A DNA stretch of 63,111 nucleotides, counting the filler, from Basidiobolus ranarum (lineage: Eukaryota), in NCBI GenBank assembly GCA_040143965.1. It is 15 parts of 15 records of this genome, joined end to end, with 100 filler letters (N's around TTAATTAATTAA, not from the genome) between each part and the next. Parts side by side here need not be neighbours in the genome. Positions count along the whole stretch, not along the records: positions 1 to 4,130 come from JASJQH010008979.1; positions 4,231 to 8,356 come from JASJQH010008980.1; positions 8,457 to 12,580 come from JASJQH010008981.1; positions 12,681 to 16,802 come from JASJQH010008982.1; 11 more parts are not named here. The stretch is one strand, 5' to 3'. The notes under the pieces were generated by a model. It was not told where the DNA came from and searched no databases. It worked only from the letters and a program-made list of their open reading frames with translations. Below are positions 1 through 12,787 of the stretch, in pieces. The first letter of the stretch is position 1. Each line of letters begins with the position of its first letter. The position numbers and the translations under genes are program-made.

Positions 1-583
1 TGTTACTCCCTCCCACTCCACTTAACAGTGTCTTAGATTCTACTGACTTAACTTTTCTGCTTTGCAACATTCATACAAATACTCCTGATCTCCATACATT
101 AGTTAAGAAACCACAAAAGTAGTTATGGCTTCTTTGTTTTATTTGAAATAAAGATTTCACCTTTTGGTGACTGTCTCCCCCCTAACTGAGTTCCTGTGTT
201 ATGAAACTTGGTTAGAGAAAAACATGCTTTTGCTGAATACAAAAAATGGTATGGTACCTGCAAATGCTTGCTTTGTACTGTAGAAGCATGTCATGTGACC
301 TGACAGATACTCATATTACAGGTCTTTGTTTCTTTACCCAACTCTGTGTACTACTGCAACCCTTAATCCAATCTGTTAAAGGTTTTCAAAGGGAGCCTCA
401 TTTATTCTAATAAAAGTAACCGAATAATAAAGCATGCAAATGTCAGTCCTTACGACCTATGTGGAGGGGGTGAAAGTGAAGCCTTTTGAATCAGGAAGAG
501 TACTGGATGTAGAAATGAGATTCAGCGGCCAACAATGGTGAACCTCATGGTGGAGAACACGAGCAGATTAAATGCATGCATGG

Positions 584-1996
584 TTACACCAATGTCGAAT
601 CTGATGTATTTGTAATTCTAAGTTGTGGGGAGATAACACGAAATAAAGCGGTAGTACCGTTATCTGGCTCTTCCATTGGCGGATTCAGTAAAAGACAAGG
701 AAGACAACAGGCAGAACAACAAAACGCCAATGTCAAGACAATAAAAATTGGAATAAATACAACGGCTAAAGTGACTGGGTTGTGGTCCAATTTCCTAGCA
801 AGTAAACCTACAAGTACGTAAAATAATGTTCCCACTACTGCAAACGCCAATATGGCTAATATTAGAAGAGTCTTGCTTTGCTGCCTTGCTTCTTCCATAT
901 CAATCTGCAGATACGTGATGTAGAAGCTGACTATCCGTACTAAGTAGCGTACACCAACCAAGTACAAAGGGATGAAAACCACTCCCCAGCTGATGGTGAT
1001 ATCTTCATTGATGCGCAAGATAAGCAATACAATCAGAAGAACTCTGAGTACGAACCACCAGTAATAGTCGAACAGAATCCACAGCTTTACTTCCCTTGGC
1101 AATATCACTGGCGTACCGTCTTCGTGGACGTTAGCATATAAAGAGGAATGACACTGAATAGTAAGCCGAAAGAAGTTGAAGATCTCGAGAATAATCCACG
1201 GAACAAATGTAATTACAGTTGACCAATGTGCCGATTGTTGTACCACGATCAGAATTTGAAATAGGACCACCAGCATAAAATAGGTCAAAGCAAACAAATT
1301 CTGCAACAGGTAGACTTTCTGTTGTTTCTTTTGAATCTCTTCTTTTTCCTCTACTGATCCCTCGAACTCTTCATCCAGTTCTTCCGATTTGAACGCTTTG
1401 AAGATCCGTCCAACAAGAACAAAACCAAGCATACTGTCTATTACCCATAGTGGTATGAATACTACCGAATATGACCAATTAACCTTTGCGTCTACTTGAA
1501 GAGACAAAAATGTACAAAATAGTAGAATCCCTAAAATAAACAATGACGTGCTTACAAAAAATATACAGAATATGTCACTAATTTCGGGGTCGAGGAAGGC
1601 GCCGGCAACCGTACCCAGCATATTCACCCCCATCTCGCCATATTTATCATACACTGCTCGTTTCTTGGAGTCTCCTAAGGAGGAACATTAGTACTCTAAT
1701 TTACAAGAGCAGAGCTAGCTTACAGTGTGCCCTACCTAGGATTTCATTGGCATGACTAATAGCCTTAAACTAGATGAAAGTTTTCAGGAAATAATATTTG
1801 AAATTAGTATTGCCTACAGGAGGTTGCAATCAGCCATTAGTGAAAAGTAAGAGTTAACTACCTGTTCGGCTGCGTCTGGATTTTTATCCGGGTGATATCT
1901 AAGAGCTAGCTTTCGATAAGCTTTTTTAATTTCTTCGGGAGTAGCACTTTTACTCACTTGAAGCGTTTCATATAGTTCCTCAGTATTTCTATCCAT
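584..1996 (-). CDS. J-domain (DnaJ/Hsp40) protein fused to a TMEM185-like multi-pass membrane region; 3 exons, 419 aa
   Basis: Exons 1996-1862, 1769-1736 and 1674-584 with GT-AG introns splice in frame (1260 nt). The product has [13 protein letters not shown]...[24 protein letters not shown], then repeated WxxVFIPLW-type TM motifs and a C-terminal CCSACCLPC. Confidence 0.88.
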
Positions 1997-3454
1997 TCAT
2001 AAACAAGAAATTCTTTCGAATGAAGGAGTTTTGGTTGTACCGTTTCCTTGCCGCTACTCACAGAGTGTCTCCTACTTTGGGATTGTGAAAAGTAAAGAGA
2101 ACTGCTTTGGTATTCTTACTCGAGCGAGAGTTTTAGAATATATGTGGTTTTCAATTGAGGTAATGCTTAGAGTATATTTTCAGAAGGCTTGCCGAGTCAA
2201 ATGAGAGAAATATTGGGTAGAAATAGGAAGAGACTGTCGTTATATGGCAAGACAAGCTCTACTTGTAAATGGTACGGTTAGAGGAGAATACGAGACAGAA
2301 ACAGGAAAGAAAACTCGAAGCTGTTAGTGTTAGATAAACAAAAAATGTTGCCTAACAGACGGAAGAGGACTCGTAACAATGCATAGGTATCAAATCAGTA
2401 ATAATGAATTTATTGATCCACTAAATATATCTACATGATATCATAGTGCCTGCTGATTTCTCCTTCGGGCCTAAAAATCAATAATGGTGGATTGATCAGG
2501 CTTTGTGTTGCAGATTTGAAATTACCTTTTTTTGCAATTTTGAGACGAGACAAATCTGATACTGTAAAGACCAATTCGAAACAGATTTGAAGATCCTAGT
2601 TACGATGATTCTAAGAGGAGGATGAAATAACTGCAGTGACTGATTGATTTCAAACAATGGTAACACTTTGATCAAGCCCCGACTTGGCTTTTACAGGAAG
2701 CATGTTTGCACAACATTGTATAAATTGCACCAACACTTGTGATCACAGACTGCGACTACACGCTCCGGGATCATTTATTCTGATCGCTAGTAGTTGATGG
2801 ATGTGATGCAACATTGATGTTCCTAAAACACAAACGAAGTCACTCCAATTGCCAACCAGATCTCTAACCCCGTACTTTAGGAAGTCATAGTAGGGAGGTA
2901 GCATTAGAATTGACTAAACGTACTAGTAAAATTTTAATCTTCTAATCGATAGCTCAGATCTTTGGAATTCATAGAAGTTTGTCTTGAAGATCGTTTGAAT
3001 TCTCTGATGCGATTAGTTCATAATGAGTATTCTTCATCGCTCTAGTAAGTAGCATTTAAGAGTTGGAATACAGAAAGTAGTACAGGATGTGATAGTAGCA
3101 GTAACAAAAAGATATTTCTAGGCTCTATCTTGTATTGATCGGGCACGGTTCGAACATGCGGCTAACGAATAAGTAATGGTGTTACTAATGGCATCTACCG
3201 AAGCGGATTGAAAATAGATGGTACGGTTTAGACAGGTTAAAGAGATGCTTGGCAGAGCATTCTTTGTTTATTCACAGGAGTCTATTCAATATTGCATATA
3301 TCCTTGATAGGATCAATATACTGGGACTCATTATGGTATCAAAAACGCTTAGCAACAATGTATTGTCTTCGTATAGAGACACTGAGGACTAATTCTATTA
3401 AACAGGTGAATATCAAATGGTACCATGTATTTAGACAGCAATTCAAACTAGAGG

Positions 3455-4130
3455 CTAAGTGACATATCTATAAGCAACATTTTCGTCTCCATGATCCTGC
3501 AATTCTGAGGCATCTACTCCCTGAAGTTTAACAGCAATACCTTGAATTTTGTCACGCCTACGGTTTTCTCTTTTCAAATATGCAGATAGTAGGACCGTGA
3601 GTGTGCATCCTATGAAAGCAAAGGATGCACATACAACATGTCCAAAGACATATCTCGGCTTATCCTGATTCCGATAAATGTTAGAAGCAAGAAATCCGGC
3701 TGCATTCGACATGCTTACAATCAAACCCACTGCAACAGCACGTCGTGATGGTTGCGGTATGTTATTAGCATACCACGCGTGTAATATCACTGATTGAGGA
3801 TATGAGCCGATAACAGCAAAGAATGTAGCGAAGTATTGTATAGAGTGGTTGCTTATTACTGCTAACAATATAAATCCGAGAGTACAGACCAATCCAGACC
3901 CAAGATAATGGTATGTTCGTTCTTGATGAAGATCAGAATGCCAACAATACGGAACCATGATCATGGTCGCAAGTGTAAATTGTGGAACGGTCAGAAGTTG
4001 TGTTGATATTGGATCGTGACCCATCTCGGAGATAATGCTTGGAAGAAAGAGCCCTACAGAATTCATAGGGACACTCAAAGAGAATCCAATCAAGCCCCAA
4101 ACACCTATCTTCCAATCAGTGAATACCGAG
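3455..4130 (-). CDS. MFS transporter, ACS (Dal5/Tna1-like) family; 5' end truncated by the contig edge
   Basis: Contains FLPSII...QLLTVP, SDxxxER, W-ANN...RRA-A-G...SN-AG, PRY-GH and C-terminal RENRRRD...GDEN-YRY motifs typical of fungal allantoate/nicotinate permeases. Confidence 0.88.
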
Positions 4131-4230
4131 NNNNNNNNNNNNNNNNNNNNNNNNNNNNNNNNNNNNNNNNNNNNTTAATTAATTAANNNNNNNNNNNNNN
4201 NNNNNNNNNNNNNNNNNNNNNNNNNNNNNN
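4131..4230. other. Artificial contig linker (44 N + TTAATTAATTAA + 44 N), first of 14
   Basis: An identical 100-bp spacer with six-frame stops recurs at 8357, 12581, 16803, 21024, 25243, 29461, 33679, 37894, 42107, 46313, 50516, 54718 and 58917. The intervening contig lengths never increase. Confidence 0.98.
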
Positions 4231-7200
4231 TGAAAAGATAGTGAAGCTGCTTGATGACTATGTGAGAGATCTGGCTGCAGACTAGGTTAAGTCGTTTTAT
4301 ATATTCCGGATGATAAGTAAAAGAAATACTGGAGTATTTATAGAATGCCCTCTTACTTTGCCTGATTGGAGGTTTATATTGTCGCACTTGAAGAAGCTCG
4401 CTATCCTTTGAATATATGGACAACATGGTTGGGACAAGACGAGTATGAATCTCATTACCTTTAAAATTTACTATGTAGAAGAAATCGATAGAATTGGTTA
4501 TGATTTGGAGCTTTAGATGATTTATTGCTTCATTCCTGGAATTAATGAATACAAGGTGATTATTTGATGAGGGAAATTCCATTAGTAAATCACAAATCAT
4601 ATTCAAAAATACACCCAAGACCTTTGATCAGATATATTGGATATGTTCTACATAGGTTAGAACCACACAATTGTGAAAACTGACCAGTTCTGTGTGCCAA
4701 AGATTGATTAAACATGATTTTTGACAGCCCTGATACACTGGTCTCATAATAAGCCTCAACAAATGGGGCAAATAGGTAAAGTTCTTAAACACAAATAACT
4801 TTTATAATATTCCAGGAATTTGGATTGAAAAAGTAAGAAATACAGCTAGCTCACTATTTCAGATATTTTGGACAAGACAATCAGCTTCTGCCTCAGAAAA
4901 TTTTTAGCACAGGCCTACTCTGATCCTTACCACCATTTGTTTAATATATCAATTTCTATAACTTGGACTTCAATATCAATTAAGCTTAAAAATTATCAAA
5001 TCATCAACCATAATCCACAATTAACAGGCATATAAAATTTAAAAACATCACAATATGGCTGTATCTGTCTATTTACTTATTATCTGTTGACTGAACCACA
5101 GATATCAGCTTTGCACTGGATAAGTTAATATGTGGTAGCAATATTTCCTTCATATTTTTCTATAAGCAACTAACAAGAATGCTTTCATATTTCTCATAGC
5201 CATATTTGGGTGCATTCTTTTCAAGCAAGTTTTCATTACCTATTGCTTTTAATTAGTGTTGTTTCCAATTTTTGAGTGGGGGTTTCACCTTCAGAATGAT
5301 ACATACTTGCTTTTGATCAAGCTATAAGTACTCAGCCTAGATTATAAGCTACAACGGACCCTAGCTTTAATCTTCTCTTTGAGTATGATTTTGTTCATTT
5401 GCCTGATTGATACATATATTTTCAAATGAATACATAATGTATAGTAATCCAGTGGCATGAATAACAAGAGGAATTATCAGAGATAGACTAGAGAACAACA
5501 TTGTAGAATTGGCAAGGAAAAGCTGTGTTTATGCTACAGTTACCAATTCAGTTATGTTACCAATTTAGTTACTTTTTTATATGTTAACATAGGTAAACCA
5601 TCATTGGGTAACTCTCAAGCATACCTAGCCAAATCCCAGAACACTTTGAACTCAGTAACTCACAAGAATACCTAACCAAATGCTAGAACACTTAAACTCA
5701 ATAACTCTCAAGTATATTTAACCTAGAATATAATTACAGTGAATAAGAATCACCTTCCTAACTATGTTATCATTTTTACACAAGTTATTCTTGACCATAT
5801 GAAATATTTAGCCTGGCAAAACTCTTGAACCAAGCCCACAGATAAAATGGCACTAGCCAAATTGATGAGACAACCTAACCAGCTATCAAGCTGTAATTAG
5901 CTTACCTGGAAACATCCATCTTTCAAAGAGAGTACCGTATCTCTACTTTCCACTCACTATGAAGTCAAACTCTTTGCTTTCCATGCTTTCTGTGGCTATG
6001 ATCACTTTTGATTAGTCAATGCTCAAGGGAATAGCACTTTGTTGAGTACGTAGCCACTGTTTTGTTTATCAATAGGCAAACTAACATTCCTTTTTACTAT
6101 ATGACAGAGCTGGAGAATACACCCCAAGACACCACTCAACAACTATCTTTTCCTGCTAACTCATGTCAGCAAGTAACCTTTGGACCAGTGGATACAGCCA
6201 GTGTTACACCCAAACCTCCAAGCAAGTCTGCACACATGATGTTGTATTGTTTTTGCAAGACCACAATCAACAAAGAAATCATATTGCTTTAATCTCTTCT
6301 GATAAAGGAGAAGTCCACATTACTCAGCAAGGGAAGTTTGTTACGGTGGAAGTGGTTACAAGTCTTATTGGATGATGAATGGTTTTAAATCAATTTGCAT
6401 ACTTTGTATAACTCAATTAAACCTCATTAAGAGCAAATGAAAATAAGGAATTGCTTTTTATTGTTGTTTGCAATTGTTTAAGAATAGTATTGGCTATTTA
6501 ATGAGTATAGTAATTATTGAATGTTGAGTGTTGGTGAGAACTATGTCAGTAGCTGTATATTATTAATGCTCTCTGTGACCACTTCCACCACAACATCCAC
6601 TGCAACCTGAGCCTGACTCCTCAGGTTCTTCAGGGCTTTTGTCCTCTGGAGCCTCTAGAGCTTCAGTAGGTGAAGAAGGCTGATATAGTGTTTGTTCAAT
6701 CATCTGTGCTTGGTCAAACTGCTTGAAATCAGAAAGGGCATGGCTGGCCTGTGCCAAATTCCCTTGAATTTGATCAGGTAAGGCTTGTTGAGGTAGAGCT
6801 TGACCCAAAGTGTTTATTAATTGGGAGGGTATATCTTGTGGTGTGCTATCTTCCACAGAGAGTCATCTATTTCTTGTGAGCTATTGCTATCTCCTGTCAA
6901 CTCAGAATCCAAGACTTAGGGTAGTGTACCCTCTTGGAAACAAGGATCTTCCACTGGTGGTGTCCGAGCAATATCCATCCCATTCCCTGAATCCTGCAGT
7001 GTTCCATATACTTGAGGTGCAATAGTACTATTACCATTAAAATCAGAGTCTAGAAACTCTCCTTGGTTTGATTCAACAGCACTACCTTACACTTCAAAGC
7101 TAGGTCCAGACTGGTACTTGACATCATAGTTCCCTTGATTGTTGATGTTAGCATTGTTCAAGATGTTGTGTTTTTTAGTGACAGTTATAAACACCTGCTT

Positions 7201-8356
7201 TAGTAGTAAGGCTGGCTCTGATGGATTTACAGTGCTCAATATTGGCTCTGTAGATTCATTTTGACCCGGTTGTAGTTTTCCAACTGCTCTAGTAACTTTG
7301 GATTTCTATGGCAATTAGAATATCAACCGGAAGGGGCTGCATGTGTTATTTGAGGAAGCAATACTGAGGCAATGAGTTAGCTAAGTGTTTAATGCATATC
7401 TGTATTGGTATTGGTTGATGTGTATTTTAGTGTATTTTCCTGCATATATATACTATAATAAATGATTCTATCTAGCTTGTAATGCTGATTTGGTGATTGA
7501 AGCCTCTTTAATATACCATCTACTAAGCCAATTCAGTTGATCTGATTAAAAAGTATCATGAAGGAGGTGATAGTGACAGTCAAGTAAGAAATTAAGTGCT
7601 GGCATCTAACTACAAAATTGAAAACAGGCTTCTCTGGTAAACATGTAATGACAAGTAATGAGTAATAATTTATGTGGGATTACTTGAAATGCAAGCAAGA
7701 AATTGGAACTATTGTAGAAGGTGAATCTGATACAGCTACAGTACCATCTTTTCACCAATTTGTTTAGCCTTCTTCACCTTTAAATTTCAAGCGTTTTAGC
7801 ATTATTTGCACTTTTAGAATAATGTTAAAGTGTATACCAGGACCCTAATCATCTTTTTGATGCTGCCCAATAACCCTAACCCTCCCTGATAGCCATTGCT
7901 GATTAAAGAAAAGTATTAGACAACCTGTGATGTTTTCATTCCTGTACAGTAGCTGGTTTGCACTCTTTTGTTTTTGGTATTCTTTGTGAGACTGTATTTC
8001 TTGGAGAGTTTGCTACTATGTCCAACTCTTTTTGGGGATCAGTCATTAGTTCCATCTCCATTTTAACTTGCCTTATTAGCTTTTCAATTGGTGTTAGACT
8101 GCAAGCATGATGTGATTATGGGAATGTATGTCTCACTTGCTAATTCATTAGCTTTTCCAAAAATTGGTGCTATCAAAGGAGAGTGTTTGCTCCAATGCCA
8201 AAATACTTGAGAATTTTACAGGATGCTTGGACTAAAGACACCTTAAGCCTGAGCATTTGGGCTCTTGTGGCATTTCTGGCAAAAATGGCTGTTGTTGTGG
8301 CATTTCATACACTCATTTTGTACACCCCCACTGTAATATTAATGTCACCACCTGAC
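4231..8356. mobile_element. Unclassified CpG-depleted degenerate repeat DNA with a gag/ORF1-like zinc knuckle remnant
   Basis: No intact long ORF and very few CpGs. The minus strand at 8311-8270 reads CMKCHNNSHFCQKC (CX2CX4HX4C). Confidence 0.45.
5608..5723 (+). repeat. Degenerate tandem repeat, unit about 46-47 bp, about 2.5 copies
   Basis: RTAACTCWCAAG...ACCTARCCAAAT...AGAACACTT..AACTCA units start at 5608, 5655 and 5701 (third partial). Confidence 0.65.
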
Positions 8357-8566
8357 NNNNNNNNNNNNNNNNNNNNNNNNNNNNNNNNNNNNNNNNNNNN
8401 TTAATTAATTAANNNNNNNNNNNNNNNNNNNNNNNNNNNNNNNNNNNNNNNNNNNNAACTTAACCATGCCAGATGTAGAGTACAGGACTACGATGCTTAT
8501 GATTCCATTACTAACGATGGTAATACGTCTAAAGTCTACAGTGTTTTAATCTAAAATTCGGTTTCA

Positions 8567-11500
8567 TATTTTACACGTTTATCACTTGAATGCTAATTTG
8601 GCACCTTCAAAATCCTCATTTTCTATGATATATTCTCCTGAAAATTTTTATAGAGTTCTTCTTACATAAGCTTTAACTTGTATCCAGCACAAGTTTGTAT
8701 CCATATCTCCATCAAAGCCCACAATTGTATTAACATTGCTGAATAAACATTCTTCCAGTAATCTATCTGATACGCTGCAATATTGTGCCACTCTGTATCA
8801 AGTTCTTCCCAGATATATGCATGGCCAACTCCAGACTGAATGTCAAGTTGAATTTTCTTCTTCTGAAGCCACTTTCTGCGTACTTGCATTGTGTTTTTCC
8901 CTTCATACTTTTGAAAAAACTCCTTAAGCACTTTGATTATTTTTATACATCCTTTTAGTGTGACACTACTGAGGGTGCTTTGTGGTGTGTGAGCAGCTTT
9001 TTGCTTGCCTTTAACTTTGGGACTAATTTCAACACTTTGAGAAGTACCGGTAAAGGTTGGTGAGCCATGAGTTTTCTTTGCTGGTGTTTTGGCTTGCTGA
9101 GAGGTGCCTGGTGTTGGATAAACTTCAAAACTTAGCACTCTTCCAACTGGTATACTTGATACCAGAGTGAAATTAAGCTTTTTTGCCTATATATCTGACT
9201 CCAAAAATACAGATCTTTTTAATGGTGTGAAGTATATGGTAGGTGGGCCATTAGAGTCTAAGCTCACTGGCTTATTAGCTTTTCCCTTGAGTTTACTAAC
9301 TCTCTGCCGCTTGAGTAATTCTTTAGCTGTGTTTCATTCGTTTCCAAGTCAATAATTGCATACAATTTGGAAATTATTTATGCATAGACTTATACTAGCA
9401 CAATTACCATTTGCTTGCAAAAACCCAAATAAGTCACATGAAATACATCAAGAACCTTCAGAGTAGTACCTGGTGTTTTGTTTTTCCACAATTGGGCCAA
9501 ATTGAGTGGATCTTGGGCAAGATTCCACACAGTTTCCAAAATGTTAAATCACTCATCATCAGAGCAAGTAATGGCAGCTCTGACATTTAGAGTCTTTTGG
9601 TTTGCCGGTTTTTCTATAAGATTTTTACTTCCATGTGCTCAAGCAATTTTAGGTTTTTGTGTAGGCATCATGGTCCAACACATATTCTGCTCTGCCAGAT
9701 TGTGACAGTGAAATATAAGTATGTTTTGGGATTCATTGAAATCCCAAATGAAAATGGAAGAAGGTTGCAGCATGTAGCTGGAGCTTGAGTACAGAATTCC
9801 AAAGGTCTTGTATCATTGTTGAGATTTTTTTCCTTGTTGTAATAATTCTATTCAAATTTTCTGCGGAGAGTTGTTCAGTAGTTGGCAAAGTAGCCATTTT
9901 AGAAGTTGATGGTCTGGACGGTGTTTTAGTTGAACTTTGCTCAACTTTTTATTTACTACGTAATTGGGGGATTACAATCTCTTCACTTGCACTATTGCTG
10001 GAAAGGAACACATCTGGTAAATAGATTAATGCTTCATCATTGCTTGAGTTAGTTTCTGGCATGTTAACACCTTCCAAAGTGGATAGTAAATTGCTAGACT
10101 GCTCATGCATTAAGTCCACTGTTCTTGCTGGCTTGCTTCTGTTTTGCCATCAGACTTTTGTTTGGAAGCCAATTTTGATTCAGATTCTGAACAATTTTTG
10201 AATAGCACTGAAATTTTCAGATGGTGAACTTGGTGTCATGAAGTTGATTAGAATGAGCTTATGATAAACCAAAATTGCCATCCATTACCAGAAATATCTT
10301 GTTAATACCTTCATGACTCATCTCTGAGACTGTCTCAGAATCTGCTGATGATATCAATAGGATATATCTAAAATACCACCCTTACATAGGAGGTGTTCTT
10401 TTCTATATACAATATTCTTCTGATACTACAACACTAACATTGGAAGATGCCATCCCTTTATTGTCAAGAATTCTTGTGCTAAGAAAGCTGGGGGCCTGAT
10501 ACAAGAAATAATCACAAGTGCAGTCAATGTACAAAGTCACCAACTGAACAAAGCCTGGTGACTATCAGTAGTAATTAGTGTGCAAAATTAACTAGAGTTT
10601 TGCCCACTGAGTGCAATGCCTGTGCATTACCTCAGGGTTTTGGTGACAATACTGAAAGTCTTACATAACCATACACTTTTTCCACCATTGATTGGCAGCT
10701 GCTGCTTGCCACACACCTTGCACAAGTGGAAAACACTTGTCAATTGTTTAACCTAGAATCCTTCAGTAATTAAACTACCTTCATGTCCAAATGGTTGTTT
10801 GGCTTTCACTGGTAATCTGAAAGCCTGAAGTCATGTACTGTTTGCACACAAATGGCAATCACTAAATCTGGTAAATATTGCTCATATTTGGCTTACATAA
10901 CATTGATTCCCCATCTTAAAGTTTTGATGAAATCACCCAAATATAGATGATTAATCCAATACCAAAGTACTCACCGTAAAGCTGATGGTGTTACTGATAT
11001 ACTTGATTAATATCACTACCAGAATCTGAAAAGTCAAGGTTTCTTTCAGAACATATATGATCATGCATTTGCATTGGCTCTGGATGGTTTCTCACTCAAC
11101 AAATATACCATTGAGAGGCTTGCTGGCCAATAGTTGTAATCAACTTAAATCTTCCTCCTTCTGAACAGTATGAGGGTCATGACACTTTGATACTATTCAT
11201 CATATTTGGACCTAAATCACTAGTGCTTAAATATAGCTTCTTGGAGCATGTGATTGTGCCATTTGAACAATTATCTAATTGGGTTCAGATGGGTGAATAT
11301 TTTATTAAAGCAGATATCATTGTACATATTGGCAACACTCCTGCTATCAGTAAACCTGGAGGTTTTTGAAAGCACAATGCACTATCTTGCTGTAGATTTT
11401 GTCAAATCATTGGAGCTTACTCCACCAGGCATGTGCATTACTATCAGCCTAATACAAAACTAAGCTTCATGATGTAACCACCAAGATCATGGTCAGGTTT

Positions 11501-12560
11501 TAACATGTTTACTGATATCAATTCATCAAATAGTCAGTTTAACATCAAACTTGGGATTAGCTGTAAGCCTAAGACCATATTGCTAAAGGGGATCTACTGA
11601 AGCCCAAGCTTTTCATTTGGCACTATCCCCAAACTGATGAACAACATTCTAAAACTACTTACTCAGCTCTATAGTGGAAATTTCAAAATGGATGAGCTAT
11701 TGGAATTAGGATCAAAGTTTGAATTGATTGGGAAGATGGTTGCAAACATCAATATACCATCAAATTTTACCAGGACTCCTATCCATATCAACTCATCTAG
11801 GTGCATGGAAACAGAGTAGGTACCTCTATAATTCAAACTAATTTATTTCTGTGATAATCTGACAGTATTTCAGGGAAAGCTGCAAGACTGATTTCCTGGT
11901 GAGATGGGTCAAGATACACAGCATTATTGATTTAGCCATAGGGTAATCTATTCCAGCAATGACACATCTGCTTATGGCTGGGCATTTGTTGACTGCAAGT
12001 TGAGGATATTCAACTGAATTCTTTATGGAAATTTGCCAAAATCCAAGAGCTTAGTCTCATTGTGAATGGTAACAAGTGTCAGGTATTTGCCAAATGTTGG
12101 TTCTATTCAAAATTTGGATGTTTAGCAATTTTTCACCATTAGTTTTCTGGTAAAGCATATTGATCTTATTCAGTTATGTCTGATAAGTCAAGTATGTGCA
12201 TATGTAGAGACTAAACATAACAAGATTCTCGAATTTTTGAATCCCATTATGTCTGGAATATAAAGCCTAAAATATCTAAAAAATGGCATGCACATTAATT
12301 CTAATTCCTACTGCAGTCTACCCAGTAATTTCCCATTTTGATATTAGTTTTTTGCATAAATTGTTAGAAATTATTTAAGTCATGACAAATATAAGGATCA
12401 ATATTTTGCTATGTATGAATAATATTGCAATAACATCCAGAAGCCACCATCTCACCATGAAAATTCCTGACAGATTGCAAGCCACCAATATGGTGATGGT
12501 TCTCTGATGCTTTTGCAATCTAGAAGGGTTCATCGATTCCAAATCAAATTGAGTTGATTA
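8567..12560 (+). mobile_element. Decayed CACTA/EnSpm-like DNA transposon, near full length with an internal deletion: transposase on + (about 10600-12350), unknown ORF-A on - (about 10453-8600)
   Basis: Transposase_21/tnp2-like remnants: CPNGCLAFTG..CTVC, ALALDGF, WPIVVINLNLPP and ILFIIFGPKS. Homologous copies lie on five other contigs. Confidence 0.75.
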
Positions 12561-12680
12561 TTATTGGGGAACCAATTACCNNNNNNNNNNNNNNNNNNNN
12601 NNNNNNNNNNNNNNNNNNNNNNNNTTAATTAATTAANNNNNNNNNNNNNNNNNNNNNNNNNNNNNNNNNNNNNNNNNNNN

Positions 12681-12787
12681 ATTCCTATTTAGAATATAGG
12701 GGCTATAGATACGTTGCTTTCTGTTTCTGATATATGTATCATAACTAAAGTTAACTATGATGTTGAATAAAGATTAATTATCCAACA
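12681..12787 (-). mobile_element. Probable start of a second LTR inserted into Copia gag
   Basis: Gag homology stops at RRQF, and the minus strand then continues TGTTGGATAATT..., a TGTTG LTR-type terminus. Confidence 0.4.

Noticed and set aside
4175..4186. TTAATTAATTAA as a biological motif, such as a piggyBac TTAA target or regulatory palindrome
   Set aside because: It is always centred in exactly 88 Ns, so it is a six-frame-stop assembly linker.
4175..4618. ORFs that run into X stretches and end in LIN or at a linker (also the 8183, 25295 and 58961 ORFs)
   Set aside because: Their ends are created by the linker, and these frames show no recognisable protein.
7871..7883. TAACCCTAACCCT telomere-like repeat
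   Set aside because: Only two units and internal, which is compatible with chance.
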